A DNA stretch of 64,000 nucleotides from NCBI GenBank assembly GCA_013911165.1, contig JACETR010000006.1, forward strand, positions 4,570-68,569, written 5' to 3'. The DNA is from Planctomycetota bacterium. GTDB lineage: Bacteria > Planctomycetota > UBA8108 > UBA1146. Under the pieces are notes generated by a model. That model saw only the letters and a list, made by a program, of their open reading frames with translations, did not search any database and was not told the origin of the DNA. This document shows, in pieces, positions 18,738 to 28,407 of this stretch (position 1 is the stretch's first letter; the number at the start of each line of letters is the position of its first letter). The position numbers and the translations under genes were made by a program.

Positions 18738-18776
18738 CCGATCCAAAGACCTTGCTGCTGGCAATCATGGTTCGCG

Positions 18777-19445
18777 TTATCCGACCCTGGTCACACTGAT
18801 AGAACGTGCCAGCTTTCCACTGATGGCAAAGGCCGACTCTTGACCCGGCAACTTTAGAAGAACTGGCCCTCCTGCTGGCTCTCTCGATTCAACAGTGACG
18901 ACAACTCCAGGACGAACCCCTCTTTCACCCAGCCAGTGCAATACTTCCGGAAGTGCGTCCTCTACTCGAACAATCTCCAGACTTGTGGCAAGTGGAGCCA
19001 AGTCCAAAAACAGATCTTGGCGCGTTGGCAAAACCCCTTGCCTGTCAGGAATCGGCGATCCATGGGGATCCCGATCTGGAAAACCGAGGGCCTCTTCCAT
19101 GCGACAGATCAAATCTTCGCTGACTGAATGCTCCAGTCGCTCAACTTCAGAATCGACCCTGTCCCAGGGAACTCCGAGTATTTTTGAGAGGTATGTTTCA
19201 AGAATGCGATGTCGACGAACAGTCTGAACGGCCAGCATTCGACCTTCAGAAGTCAACCGAACGCCCCCATATCGTTTATGGTCCAGCCACCCACGATCAC
19301 ACAACTGTTGAACCATGCTCGTGGCAGAAGGTGGAGATACACCAACACGCTCTGCCACAAGGCCTGTAGGAATCCAATTGGAATCGTCATCCCCCGCAAG
19401 TTTCCAAATTGCCCGCAGATAGTTCTCTTCAGATTCGCTCGGCAA
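18777..19445 (-). CDS. DtxR/MntR family metal-dependent repressor with FeoA-like C-terminal domain
   Basis: ENYLRAI, VSPPSATSM, RRHRILETYL, EVERLEHSVS, DPHGSPIP. TTG start at 19445 follows GGAGG. Confidence 0.92.
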   Translation of the reverse strand: MPSESEENYLRAIWKLAGDDDSNWIPTGLVAERVGVSPPSATSMVQQLCDRGWLDHKRYGGVRLTSEGRMLAVQTVRRHRILETYLSKILGVPWDRVDSEVERLEHSVSEDLICRMEEALGFPDRDPHGSPIPDRQGVLPTRQDLFLDLAPLATSLEIVRVEDALPEVLHWLGERGVRPGVVVTVESREPAGGPVLLKLPGQESAFAISGKLARSISVTRVG

Positions 19446-19609
19446 ATACCCTCCGGAGTGAAAATTGGCTTCCGCTTTGGGACATACTGTGATGTCATTG
19501 GTTATTGTAACCGGAGACTGGTGTGGATTCGGCCCCATCAGTTCTGGCAGAATGATGACATGTGCATTGGCAAAATCAAATGCAGAGCCTGCACAGAAGG
19601 GATTTGACC

Positions 19610-20074
19610 ATGACTTCCGGAAACCCCCATTCGCAAAATCGATCAGTGGTTGACCTGAAGTATCATTTCAACACCACAGTCAAGGTTCGACTGCCCGAGA
19701 CTGATGCCATGGGAATAGTTTTCCATGGAAACTATTTCACTTACCTCGAAGTGGGCCGAGTCGAATATCTACTCAACCTGGGACTCGCAGAAGGATTGCG
19801 CCCAATCCGAGACTTTGAAAACGTTGTCGTCAACGCTCACCTTGATTTCAAATCACCTGCAAGACTTCACGATGTTCTCTCGATTGACGTCTGTACACAG
19901 GAGATCAGGCACAGTTCATTCACCTTTGCTGTCAGAATCCGTCACAAGAGCGAAAATCGCCTGATCGCCAGTGGTTGGACGACCCATTGTGCCATCGATG
20001 AAAACTTTAACCCGATCGAGGTTCCGGAGAGTTTTCGGTCCACCATTTCGAAGTACGAAGGTTGGGGGTCCTGA
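19610..20074 (+). CDS. Acyl-CoA thioesterase (YbgC/4HBT hot-dog fold)
   Basis: VRLPETDAMGIVFHGNYFTYLEVGR. Confidence 0.9.
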   Translation: MTSGNPHSQNRSVVDLKYHFNTTVKVRLPETDAMGIVFHGNYFTYLEVGRVEYLLNLGLAEGLRPIRDFENVVVNAHLDFKSPARLHDVLSIDVCTQEIRHSSFTFAVRIRHKSENRLIASGWTTHCAIDENFNPIEVPESFRSTISKYEGWGS

Positions 20075-20076
20075 GG

Positions 20077-20472
20077 ATGGCGAGCATCTTTTCAAAAATC
20101 ATCGCAGGTGAGATTCCCTGTCATGAAGTCTGGCAAGATGACGACCACTTGGCATTCATGGATATCCGTCCAGTTCAACCCGGACATTGCCTAGTGATCC
20201 CAAAGGAAGAAATCAGCCATGTGACGGATCTGTCGCCGGAAGCCCATGCCAAACTCTGGGCTGCGGTCCATCATGTTGCTGGAAAATTGAAGAAGGCCTC
20301 GGGGTGTGAGCGGGTGGTGTACATGGTCGTAGGGTGGGAAGTTCCCCACGTCCACGTACACCTGATTCCCACAAACTCTGCAGGAGATACCGGATTCCCG
20401 GATCCATGCGAGTTCGATCCGGCCCACTTCCCCGAATGGGCACAAAAGATCGGCTCAGCTCCCGCTTCCTGA
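20077..20472 (+). CDS. HIT family nucleotide hydrolase
   Basis: SIFSKIIAGEIP, AFMDIRP..PGHCLVIPK, VPHVHVHLIP. Confidence 0.93.
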   Translation: MASIFSKIIAGEIPCHEVWQDDDHLAFMDIRPVQPGHCLVIPKEEISHVTDLSPEAHAKLWAAVHHVAGKLKKASGCERVVYMVVGWEVPHVHVHLIPTNSAGDTGFPDPCEFDPAHFPEWAQKIGSAPAS

Positions 20473-20480
20473 GTCAGTTC

Positions 20481-23432
20481 TCAAGGACAACTTGAGGGCG
20501 TCTGACAGTTGGGCAATGCGTCCGTATCGGTCGGATCAATGCCACACCCTGGATAGGGAGCAGCTGGAGGAGCTTCTCCTCCAAACAGGAACCCCACAAT
20601 CCCCACAGGGTCGGCAATGTTGACACTGCCATTGTCTGCAAAGTCCGCAGCGTCCACACAACCGATGGCAAACCCTTCAAACAGATACTGAAGCACGGTT
20701 ACGGCATCCGAAACATCGACGCTTCCATCACCATTGGCATCTCCACGACGGAAGACTGGCCCCTCGAAACAGACCTTTTGGAAGATCTCGAAATCATCGA
20801 CTCCCATCTCAACGATGGAACCCGTGTCCGCGTCGGAAGCGGAAAACCGCAGTTGAACCGTAGAAGTCAACGGAATGAACGATTCGACCCGGAAGGAATG
20901 GAAAACCCAACCTCCATTGGTATCGGGGCCACTTTGGGGACCGAGAGTTTCCACTTCGACCCAGCTGGTCAGATCATTGGAAATCTCAACTCTCGCACTG
21001 TCCGTGTAAGGGGCAGCGCCTGTTCCGTTGGAGTACCAGCGCCAATAGGAGATTTCCACAGGGTTGACAGCGTTGGCATACTGACTGAGATCAAAAATCG
21101 GCGTCTTCAGGGTCGTCACACCCCCGTCGACATCGTTTTCACCCAGTGATCCCCCAAGCGAACCCTGACCGGTCACCCACGCCACTGCACCGCCGGTTCC
21201 GTTACCGGATTCGGGTTGGGCTGCCGTTCCAATAGGATCCACCCGCACCCAAACCCCCGTTGTCGCAGTATCGGTGGGTTCTCCCACTGTCCAGCCAGTA
21301 TCGGTTTCCATATCGTCAGAGAAACTCACAGAGAACTGACTGATCACTTCAAGGCTGAAGGGTGCTGTCGCCCCTGTCTCCGGAAGCAGAAATTCGGTGC
21401 CCAGTTGATCGAGGAAGCGGAAGTAGAATTCCACCGGATCGCCACAGCCCTGTCCCGCAAGTTCTGCGACAAATTCAGTCGAGCCCTGCCAGGAAATGGG
21501 AACGGATGAGTATGCCCCAATCCCTTGACGGTAGAAAAGTTGACCCGAATCAGGGTTCACTGCCGTCGTTCCGGGAAGAGCGGAAATTCGAATCGTTTCC
21601 GTAACATTCGGAGTCAGGTTTGCGGGCAATCCCTCCGGCAAAACCAGGGTCAGCGGAGGTGGAATCGGACAATCGATCGAATGATTGCCAAACACGTTAC
21701 AAATCAGATCGAAGTTGGGCGTACCGTTGCCAAGATTTCCGTCGTCGTCATCGAGAACGAGAACCTCGATGGCAGTCTCCGGGTGGGCACTTGAATCTCC
21801 CACACCTCCGATAGTAATCAGGGACCAATCAACAAATAGTTGCTGAGTGAATTCCAGCCCCTGCTGACTTCCAAGAAGAGTCCCGAATGATTCTCGCAAC
21901 AGCCAGAAACAGGATCCCAGTATCTGCCCACAGGTGTGTACCGAGGTCGTCGGACAGGGGTACTGAATATTGGCAGCGATAGGATCCCGGACCTCTGTGC
22001 CCGGACCCAGAAAACCTCTTCCGATGATCGGGTCATCGAGAATCAGCATACTGACTACGTCAGAGAAGCCTTCGCCAAAGCCACCTTGTGCCAATCCGAG
22101 TCGGTTAACGATGAAATGCCCATACTCATGAGCCACCACACTGGCAAAGCTGGTGTTGACACAACCTCCTCCCTCCTGGAAGAAGTTGATACTTTGCTCA
22201 CCTGGGCTGAAGAACGCATTGCATGTGTCGGTCAGATTAACATTCGCTGTCAACGACACATCGATACCGGGATTGCCACTGGTTCGGGAACGAATGAAAT
22301 CATGCGTCACGTGCGTGTAATGGTATGCGTTACACTCTGCGACGGTCAGAGGATCGTAGACAGGGTTCATCACCAAATTGGCTGGACCTGGAGGAGTCAC
22401 GTTCAGTGCCGCGGAAAGGTTCGCTCCGCTCACATTGATGACCGAGCACCATGTCCCAGTCAGATTGGCGAGAACCTGAACTGGATCAACACCGCCATGG
22501 GGGATCACAAAGGAACCATCCGTCTGTGAGACCGCACTCGCACCGCCACTGATTCCCACATTAAGCCCCTGGAGAGGCGTGGATTGCGGTGGGTTCGAAA
22601 CCGTATCCGGCTCCAGTCCCGGGGTGATCTGGGCGGTGACCGTCCCCTCCACATCCGCGTGGAGGATTTGGGTTTTGACTTCAAGAATCAGCCCGGTTTC
22701 CGGGTCAACACTGATCGCCCAGTCCTCCGCCTGCTCCGGTCGAAGACCCGTAGCCACAATTCGGTACACCTTGCGGCCCTCATCTTTTCGGGAAGCGCTC
22801 GGTTCGATCAGCAATCGGGGCTCTTGCCACTTCAACTCCGAAGATCCTGTCCACTGATCCCGGGCCATTCGCAAAGCCTCTTCGGGAGTCAGCAAGACTT
22901 CAGCATAACCACTGACGGGCTCCAAAGAGATATGGGCAGCCGCGTACACCAGAGACCTTTCTCCGGTCACAGAATCAGGCCGGGTCAAAAACCGGATAGC
23001 AGAATTTTCCACCGGGATTCCATCGATGATCTGCCTGTAGGCCAAAACGGTCGCGTCACGAGTGGGGAGATCTGAGGCAAAGAGAAATTCCAGATCAGAC
23101 GGAAACAAACCCAGGGCCGCAGAGTGATCACGAAGAAAACGATCGATCAACTCTTCATCGGTAGTGCCCCAGGCAAAGGGAGCACCGAAGAGATAGGTTC
23201 GACCCCATTCATCCCTTTCGGCCATGACCTCGGGGTGCAGCTGGAGGAACCCTCTCAGGGCATTATCCACCTCTTCTGCGTGTGGACGCTGGCTCCAGTC
23301 TCCTTCGGCAGGGACCTGACCCTGAAGCGGAATCGCCCCACTTACAGTCAGGAAAACTGCGAATAGAAAGCACATCCACAATGTGGATTTCACCATTTGA
23401 TTGAAATTAAAGGATCCAAGTCGATCCGTCAT
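20481..23432 (-). CDS. Secreted M4/M36-like zinc metallopeptidase with propeptide, accessory beta domains and C-terminal dockerin-like domain
   Basis: Signal peptide; FTP/PepSY-like prodomain; CNAFF, VVAHEYGH, GFGEGFSD, VHTCG; C-terminal FRRGDANGDGSVDVSDA. Confidence 0.85.
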   Translation of the reverse strand: MTDRLGSFNFNQMVKSTLWMCFLFAVFLTVSGAIPLQGQVPAEGDWSQRPHAEEVDNALRGFLQLHPEVMAERDEWGRTYLFGAPFAWGTTDEELIDRFLRDHSAALGLFPSDLEFLFASDLPTRDATVLAYRQIIDGIPVENSAIRFLTRPDSVTGERSLVYAAAHISLEPVSGYAEVLLTPEEALRMARDQWTGSSELKWQEPRLLIEPSASRKDEGRKVYRIVATGLRPEQAEDWAISVDPETGLILEVKTQILHADVEGTVTAQITPGLEPDTVSNPPQSTPLQGLNVGISGGASAVSQTDGSFVIPHGGVDPVQVLANLTGTWCSVINVSGANLSAALNVTPPGPANLVMNPVYDPLTVAECNAYHYTHVTHDFIRSRTSGNPGIDVSLTANVNLTDTCNAFFSPGEQSINFFQEGGGCVNTSFASVVAHEYGHFIVNRLGLAQGGFGEGFSDVVSMLILDDPIIGRGFLGPGTEVRDPIAANIQYPCPTTSVHTCGQILGSCFWLLRESFGTLLGSQQGLEFTQQLFVDWSLITIGGVGDSSAHPETAIEVLVLDDDDGNLGNGTPNFDLICNVFGNHSIDCPIPPPLTLVLPEGLPANLTPNVTETIRISALPGTTAVNPDSGQLFYRQGIGAYSSVPISWQGSTEFVAELAGQGCGDPVEFYFRFLDQLGTEFLLPETGATAPFSLEVISQFSVSFSDDMETDTGWTVGEPTDTATTGVWVRVDPIGTAAQPESGNGTGGAVAWVTGQGSLGGSLGENDVDGGVTTLKTPIFDLSQYANAVNPVEISYWRWYSNGTGAAPYTDSARVEISNDLTSWVEVETLGPQSGPDTNGGWVFHSFRVESFIPLTSTVQLRFSASDADTGSIVEMGVDDFEIFQKVCFEGPVFRRGDANGDGSVDVSDAVTVLQYLFEGFAIGCVDAADFADNGSVNIADPVGIVGFLFGGEAPPAAPYPGCGIDPTDTDALPNCQTPSSCP

Positions 23433-23743
23433 ACTGCCATCCCCCCGCCTCGCTGTGTCAGAACAGGTTAAAGTCGCAACCAACACAAAGGTGCACAGGG
23501 AGTTAATCTGAAATGAGCCTCAATCACGCGAACAGGGTCTGCAAGGATCGATCTTATTGGGCCAGAAGCTCATCAAGTCCGACTGCAGAATCCCGATTCA
23601 ACGGAAAAAGAAGTCCACTCTTTCGTTGTAAAATTCATTTCGTGCACCAAATGGCATCATATAGGGGCGGATAGTCCAGTGAAACCAACATCATCTCGAG
23701 AGTTGGGAACAGGTCTCCATTTTGGAGCGGGCACATTCTGCCC

Positions 23744-26614
23744 TCAGGGACAAACAGGGAATAACTGACAATCCAGTGCATCGAAGGTGAGATCTGGACC
23801 ACAAGGACCACCCACTGGAACCCCTCCACCGCTGAAGAGTGAAGAGAGCATCAGGATCGCATCCCCGACGTCCACCCTTCCGTTGTCATCTGAATCACAT
23901 GCGTCCTGGCACAAAAAGTTGCTGGTTGCACCGAACAGGACTTCCAACAACTGCACTGCATCACTGAGATCATTTGAACCATCTGCATTACAATCCGAAG
24001 GGATGTAATCACTGTTGACCGGAGGAGGCGGTGGCCCTGTGTTGTCGCACTCCAATACCCGAACCTCAATCAGATCGACCCCCGCTTCGACGATGCTGCC
24101 ACCACCCAGATCACCGGTGTGGAAACGCAATCTTACAGAATCGGTTGAGGAACTCCCGGGCTCCACGGTGAATGAATTTTGGAACCAGCCACCACCCGCC
24201 TGTGGGTGCCCTGGGCCAATTTCCTCAATCACTTCCCATGTGCTGCCTCCATCGAGGCTTTTTGAAACTGTCAGAAAATCATCCGGAGTACTGGCAGAGG
24301 CGTTGTTACAGAACCAGCGCCAATAACTGATTTCCTGACGGACCGCTGGGTCCAGTGCAAATGCGTCAGTCGTCAGGGTGGTGTCACCAAAATCGATGTC
24401 CTCTGCACCAAGCGATCCTCCAGGCTCTCCCAGCCCGGTGAAATACCCGGCGGAATCACCATTGGTGGAAGGCACTCCAGAGGCTGGCTGGGCGGCTGTT
24501 CCCACCGGTACTCCCCACTCCCAACGTCCAACCAATGCAGTATCCGATGGCAGAGAAGTGCTCCAGCCAGGATCGGTCCCCAACGATTCCTCCTGTGCAA
24601 GCGCAGTTGAAGTGGCGACCAGAGTGGAGAGAGGCTGATTCGGTCCCAACGCAGGATATTGGGTAACAAATCCACCCTGATCAGGAACCCTGACGTACCA
24701 CTCGAGCGAAGTCAGGCAGGTTTGAGGAGGAATGACCCCCTCCAAACGTGAGTTGGGAGCAGCCTGAAGTGGACTACTGTTCCAAATCGAGCTTCCTTCC
24801 TCACGATATCGAATCTCCGATTCTCCCGCAGCCGGGGTAGACGAAATTGTCTGCCAGTTAATCACCACTGGATAATCGACTTGAGGTGGCATCAGGTCAG
24901 CGGGGCCTTCAACGAGTGTCAGGATCAATGTGGCCAAATCTGGACAGGCCAATCCACCGGCATCCGCTGCTGCACAGATTTGATTCCAGTGAGGAGATCC
25001 ATTGTTCAGATCTCCGTCATCGTCATCCGCTGTCAAGACTTCCAAAATCATCTCATCGCGAATTGGATACCCATTTATTCCACCCATGGTCAGGGCGGAC
25101 CAATCGACAAAGAGCTGCTCCAGAACCTGTTGACCCACTGTCGCACCCAAATCGGTTCTCAGATTATTTCCCAAATTAAACCAGAACTTGCCGAGGGCCT
25201 GACCACAGAAATGGATACTGGATCCACAGGGAACGGTCACAGAAGAACCGGAAACATTGCGAACATGATTTCCGGATCCGGCAAAGTCCCTGCCGATGAT
25301 TCCATCCTGGAGATACACGATTGCCAGAGCATCCCCATAACCTTCACCAAATGCACCTTGAGACAAATTCAGAGAGTTAACGACGTGGTGCCCGAACTCG
25401 TGCAATACAACACTCGAATAAGCGCTGTCGACACAACCTCCACCCGCACGCAGAAAACGCAGAAGTTGTTGGGATGGGTCGTAATATGCATTGCAAGTTC
25501 CGGACATCCCCGTCGTCGCATTGACTGGTGAGGACATTGCGGGGAAGCCACCAGCAGATTCCATAAAGAGTCGATACCCCTGATCGACATAGTGAAAAGC
25601 ATTCAATTGGGCGATGAGGTTGGGATCTCCGCCGCCGTCAAAGACCAGATCCAGATTCGGCCCCGAAGCTTGTCCAGAAACCGTCATGACTGAAGCGATC
25701 TGACTGCTGACCCCTCCCCATTCCCCATCCAGCTCCGCCAGTACAGTGAAACTGCTTTGGGAAGAACTCAGGGAGTAATCGCCATTCAGATTCGCATGAG
25801 TCGTGGCTCCCCCACCGGTCAGCCGGACTCCGCTCATCGATTGAATACTGGTACCTGCACTTCCTTGAGGTCCAGTTCCGGAAGTCCGCTCGGCAAAGAT
25901 CGAACCACTGACGTCCAGTGAGCAAACGATCTCCTCAACAGCGATTCTTTGCCCACTCAATGCGGAATAGTCGATTCTCAAAGTACTATGGAGACTTTCA
26001 TCGAGAGAGCTTCCATAAAATACCCATGCCAGCTCAGCATGCTTACCCTCACCACGGATATACTCCAGTTTGGGCACGCTCCATTTGCGTTCAGGGAAGT
26101 CAGCGTCGGGGTCGAGCATATTTGCAGAATAGAGATCAGATTCCGAATGAGCAGCTTGCCATTCCACTCCGACGAATGCTCTGTACTGACAGAACCAGCG
26201 ACCGTCTTCTGCCTGGACCATCCACATTCTTCCAACAGACTCCCGAACCGGCACCCCGCCAAGAGACTGGGACCATGCCAGCACAACACCCCTGCCCGGT
26301 ACTTCCCGTAGCCATTCCAACTCAAGAGTCGCTGCCGTCGCCTCCCCCAAATGGAGAGTGGCATCCGCAAGGGCTGCGGAAGAAAGAGAACTCGCAGATG
26401 GCCCGCTACCCGATTTTTGAAGAGTCAGTGCTGAGGCAAACAGCGAGTCAGAACAGGGAGCGAAGACAATTATAGCCATAAGGATCGACAGAACCGGTAA
26501 GGATTGGCTCTGAAGAATTCGTGGACTTACTTCATGCGTTCTCGGAATCAACCGATCCAAGACGCAATCCGTTAAGTACTTTATCCAGAAAGTCAGGTGT
26601 TTAAGGTTCCCCAA
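23744..26614 (-). CDS. Paralogous secreted M4/M36-like metallopeptidase with C-terminal dockerin-like domain
   Basis: CNAYY, VVLHEFGH, AFGEGYGD, IHFCG; C-terminal DCNADGSNDLSDA..CQDACDSDDNG. Start uncertain and probably downstream of 26614. Confidence 0.85.
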   Translation of the reverse strand: MGNLKHLTFWIKYLTDCVLDRLIPRTHEVSPRILQSQSLPVLSILMAIIVFAPCSDSLFASALTLQKSGSGPSASSLSSAALADATLHLGEATAATLELEWLREVPGRGVVLAWSQSLGGVPVRESVGRMWMVQAEDGRWFCQYRAFVGVEWQAAHSESDLYSANMLDPDADFPERKWSVPKLEYIRGEGKHAELAWVFYGSSLDESLHSTLRIDYSALSGQRIAVEEIVCSLDVSGSIFAERTSGTGPQGSAGTSIQSMSGVRLTGGGATTHANLNGDYSLSSSQSSFTVLAELDGEWGGVSSQIASVMTVSGQASGPNLDLVFDGGGDPNLIAQLNAFHYVDQGYRLFMESAGGFPAMSSPVNATTGMSGTCNAYYDPSQQLLRFLRAGGGCVDSAYSSVVLHEFGHHVVNSLNLSQGAFGEGYGDALAIVYLQDGIIGRDFAGSGNHVRNVSGSSVTVPCGSSIHFCGQALGKFWFNLGNNLRTDLGATVGQQVLEQLFVDWSALTMGGINGYPIRDEMILEVLTADDDDGDLNNGSPHWNQICAAADAGGLACPDLATLILTLVEGPADLMPPQVDYPVVINWQTISSTPAAGESEIRYREEGSSIWNSSPLQAAPNSRLEGVIPPQTCLTSLEWYVRVPDQGGFVTQYPALGPNQPLSTLVATSTALAQEESLGTDPGWSTSLPSDTALVGRWEWGVPVGTAAQPASGVPSTNGDSAGYFTGLGEPGGSLGAEDIDFGDTTLTTDAFALDPAVRQEISYWRWFCNNASASTPDDFLTVSKSLDGGSTWEVIEEIGPGHPQAGGGWFQNSFTVEPGSSSTDSVRLRFHTGDLGGGSIVEAGVDLIEVRVLECDNTGPPPPPVNSDYIPSDCNADGSNDLSDAVQLLEVLFGATSNFLCQDACDSDDNGRVDVGDAILMLSSLFSGGGVPVGGPCGPDLTFDALDCQLFPVCP

Positions 26615-26830
26615 CGAGAGTTCCTATAAAAGTTTGGCACAAAATAATAAGTCCCGGGTTCCTCGCCTTGGCCGCTCGAACCAGAACTTTAAATATGGTA
26701 TTCCCTGTCACATGTTCCTAATGTATCCGGTGTTAGACAGCGGTGCGACAGCCTATGCAAAAATCAGATCAGCCCGTCGGGAATTGCTCATACAACTACA
26801 AGTTAATGATATGTCATGACTTATGGAAAT

Positions 26831-27199
26831 TCAGCGGGACTTGAGTCGAAATCTGGATACCGCCATAGTCAACCAACTCACGATCATTCCAAATCCGCCG
26901 ACGGGAGCCACCGCTCCCCAGAATGACGCCCCCCCCAGAGCCAGCATGTAGACCGCTCCACAAAAAACCGCAGTAGATACGGCCATCAGAACACCCTGAA
27001 AACGCATGACCGGGGTCGCTGAGGAACAAATCCAGATCCCGATCGAATGCCAAAACAGAATCCGCGTTGCAGTCGCAAACTGCCTGGGAGCATCTGCATC
27101 GTGCCACTGGTCCTTCAACAGGTGTGCGCCCATCGCTGCGCAAATCACTGCCAAAGCGGCGTAGAAGAAAGCCACAGATTCCAGAATACGTATATTCAT
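26831..27199 (-). CDS. DUF423 (YgdD/TMEM256) membrane protein
   Basis: AMGAHLLK, FATATR..FWH, FCGAVYMLAL, GAVAPVGG. Confidence 0.85.
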   Translation of the reverse strand: MNIRILESVAFFYAALAVICAAMGAHLLKDQWHDADAPRQFATATRILFWHSIGIWICSSATPVMRFQGVLMAVSTAVFCGAVYMLALGGASFWGAVAPVGGFGMIVSWLTMAVSRFRLKSR

Positions 27200-28404
27200 G
27201 ATGGATCTACCACGGCAGCCTCACTTCTGGCTCGTGTAGCAACAAACAGCCATTCATGAACTTCATCGGCGGACCTGCCAGGAGCCGGACGGAAGGTTCT
27301 GTTTTGTTCCCCCTGCTCTTGTGGTTTTTGTGTATCACTCCGAAATCTCCGGTAAGGAATTTCCAGCAGTGTTATCGAGGATGAGGTACCGGTTCCTGAC
27401 CATTCCTGAAGAATCTGCTCCAACTCGGATCGATCCAAAATACCTTCTTCGCTATAGGAGAAGACGATAATGTCAGCCTTCGCTTCTTTCAGCAGTTGAC
27501 GCATTGAACGAAAGCACTCTTCCCCTCTTCGACTGCAAAGCGGGGAAGCCTTGTCTTTCCACGGAATCAGTCCCGTTTTTCCATAAATGGAATCTTCGAG
27601 ACGTTGGTCTGACTCTTCATGGGGCAAAAGAGAAATGATTTCGGGAAGGTGGTAATTAGCGGGATACTGACGCTGATTATAGGGCGGATCAACGTAGAGT
27701 AACTCGCACTCGACTGAAGAGATCCACTCCAACGCATCTTCCCGGTGAGCCACTCCAACTGGGCCTGTCACGAGTGCGGGTACACGCAACTCCAGAGAGC
27801 GCATGGCACTCCCCTGCATTTTCTTGAGATATGCACCGTAGGTTCCTGAGATATTGGCAACCCTGTCCGCAGCATCGATGCAACTTGCAAGGAGGATGCA
27901 TAACTCGTTTTCAGTCAGGGAAGCGGAAACTCGCCACGCTCGCAGTTGATTCAATATTCCGTCGAGTCGTGCCGCATTTTCCGGAGAGAGGTAATTCCTT
28001 TGCGCTTCTCCCGCACTGGAAAATTGGCGGAATAGCAATCCTTCTTCAGCAGGGAGAATCTCCTCCAAATATCGAACCAGCTTCAAGAAGGGAATCCAGG
28101 ATTCCCCGGTTTCCTCTTCAAGGTTTGCGAGTCTCGCTTGCGGAGCCGGAGACAGTGACTCCCAATACTGTTTCAACCCCTCAAATCGGGGTGGCACTTC
28201 CGATTCAAGATAAGCCTTCTGAAAAACGTGGGAGCAATTCATCAAATCTGTCGACAACACCTTGCAGCCCTGGGCACGAAAAAACCGTCCTACAGAACCA
28301 CTTCCCGCAAAGAGATCGCACACTGTCCCACCCTTGAATCCTGCTTTCAGGGCCGCAGCGTGAATTTCTGCAAGAAGAGGGCCTTTGTTCCCCAGCCAGC
28401 GCAA
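27196..28404 (-). CDS. D12-class N6-adenine DNA methyltransferase (M.NlaIII / M.FokI N-terminal-half-like)
   Basis: MRWLGNK, CDLFAGSGSVG, ANISGTYGAYLK, YVDPPYNQRQYPANYHL, GKTGL, SYSEEG. Confidence 0.88.
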   Translation of the reverse strand: MRWLGNKGPLLAEIHAAALKAGFKGGTVCDLFAGSGSVGRFFRAQGCKVLSTDLMNCSHVFQKAYLESEVPPRFEGLKQYWESLSPAPQARLANLEEETGESWIPFLKLVRYLEEILPAEEGLLFRQFSSAGEAQRNYLSPENAARLDGILNQLRAWRVSASLTENELCILLASCIDAADRVANISGTYGAYLKKMQGSAMRSLELRVPALVTGPVGVAHREDALEWISSVECELLYVDPPYNQRQYPANYHLPEIISLLPHEESDQRLEDSIYGKTGLIPWKDKASPLCSRRGEECFRSMRQLLKEAKADIIVFSYSEEGILDRSELEQILQEWSGTGTSSSITLLEIPYRRFRSDTQKPQEQGEQNRTFRPAPGRSADEVHEWLFVATRARSEAAVVDPS

Positions 28405-28407
28405 AGT

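Noticed and set aside
22585-22610. GGGTTCGAAACC resembling a tRNA T-loop
   Set aside because: Lies inside a peptidase CDS; no cloverleaf can be built
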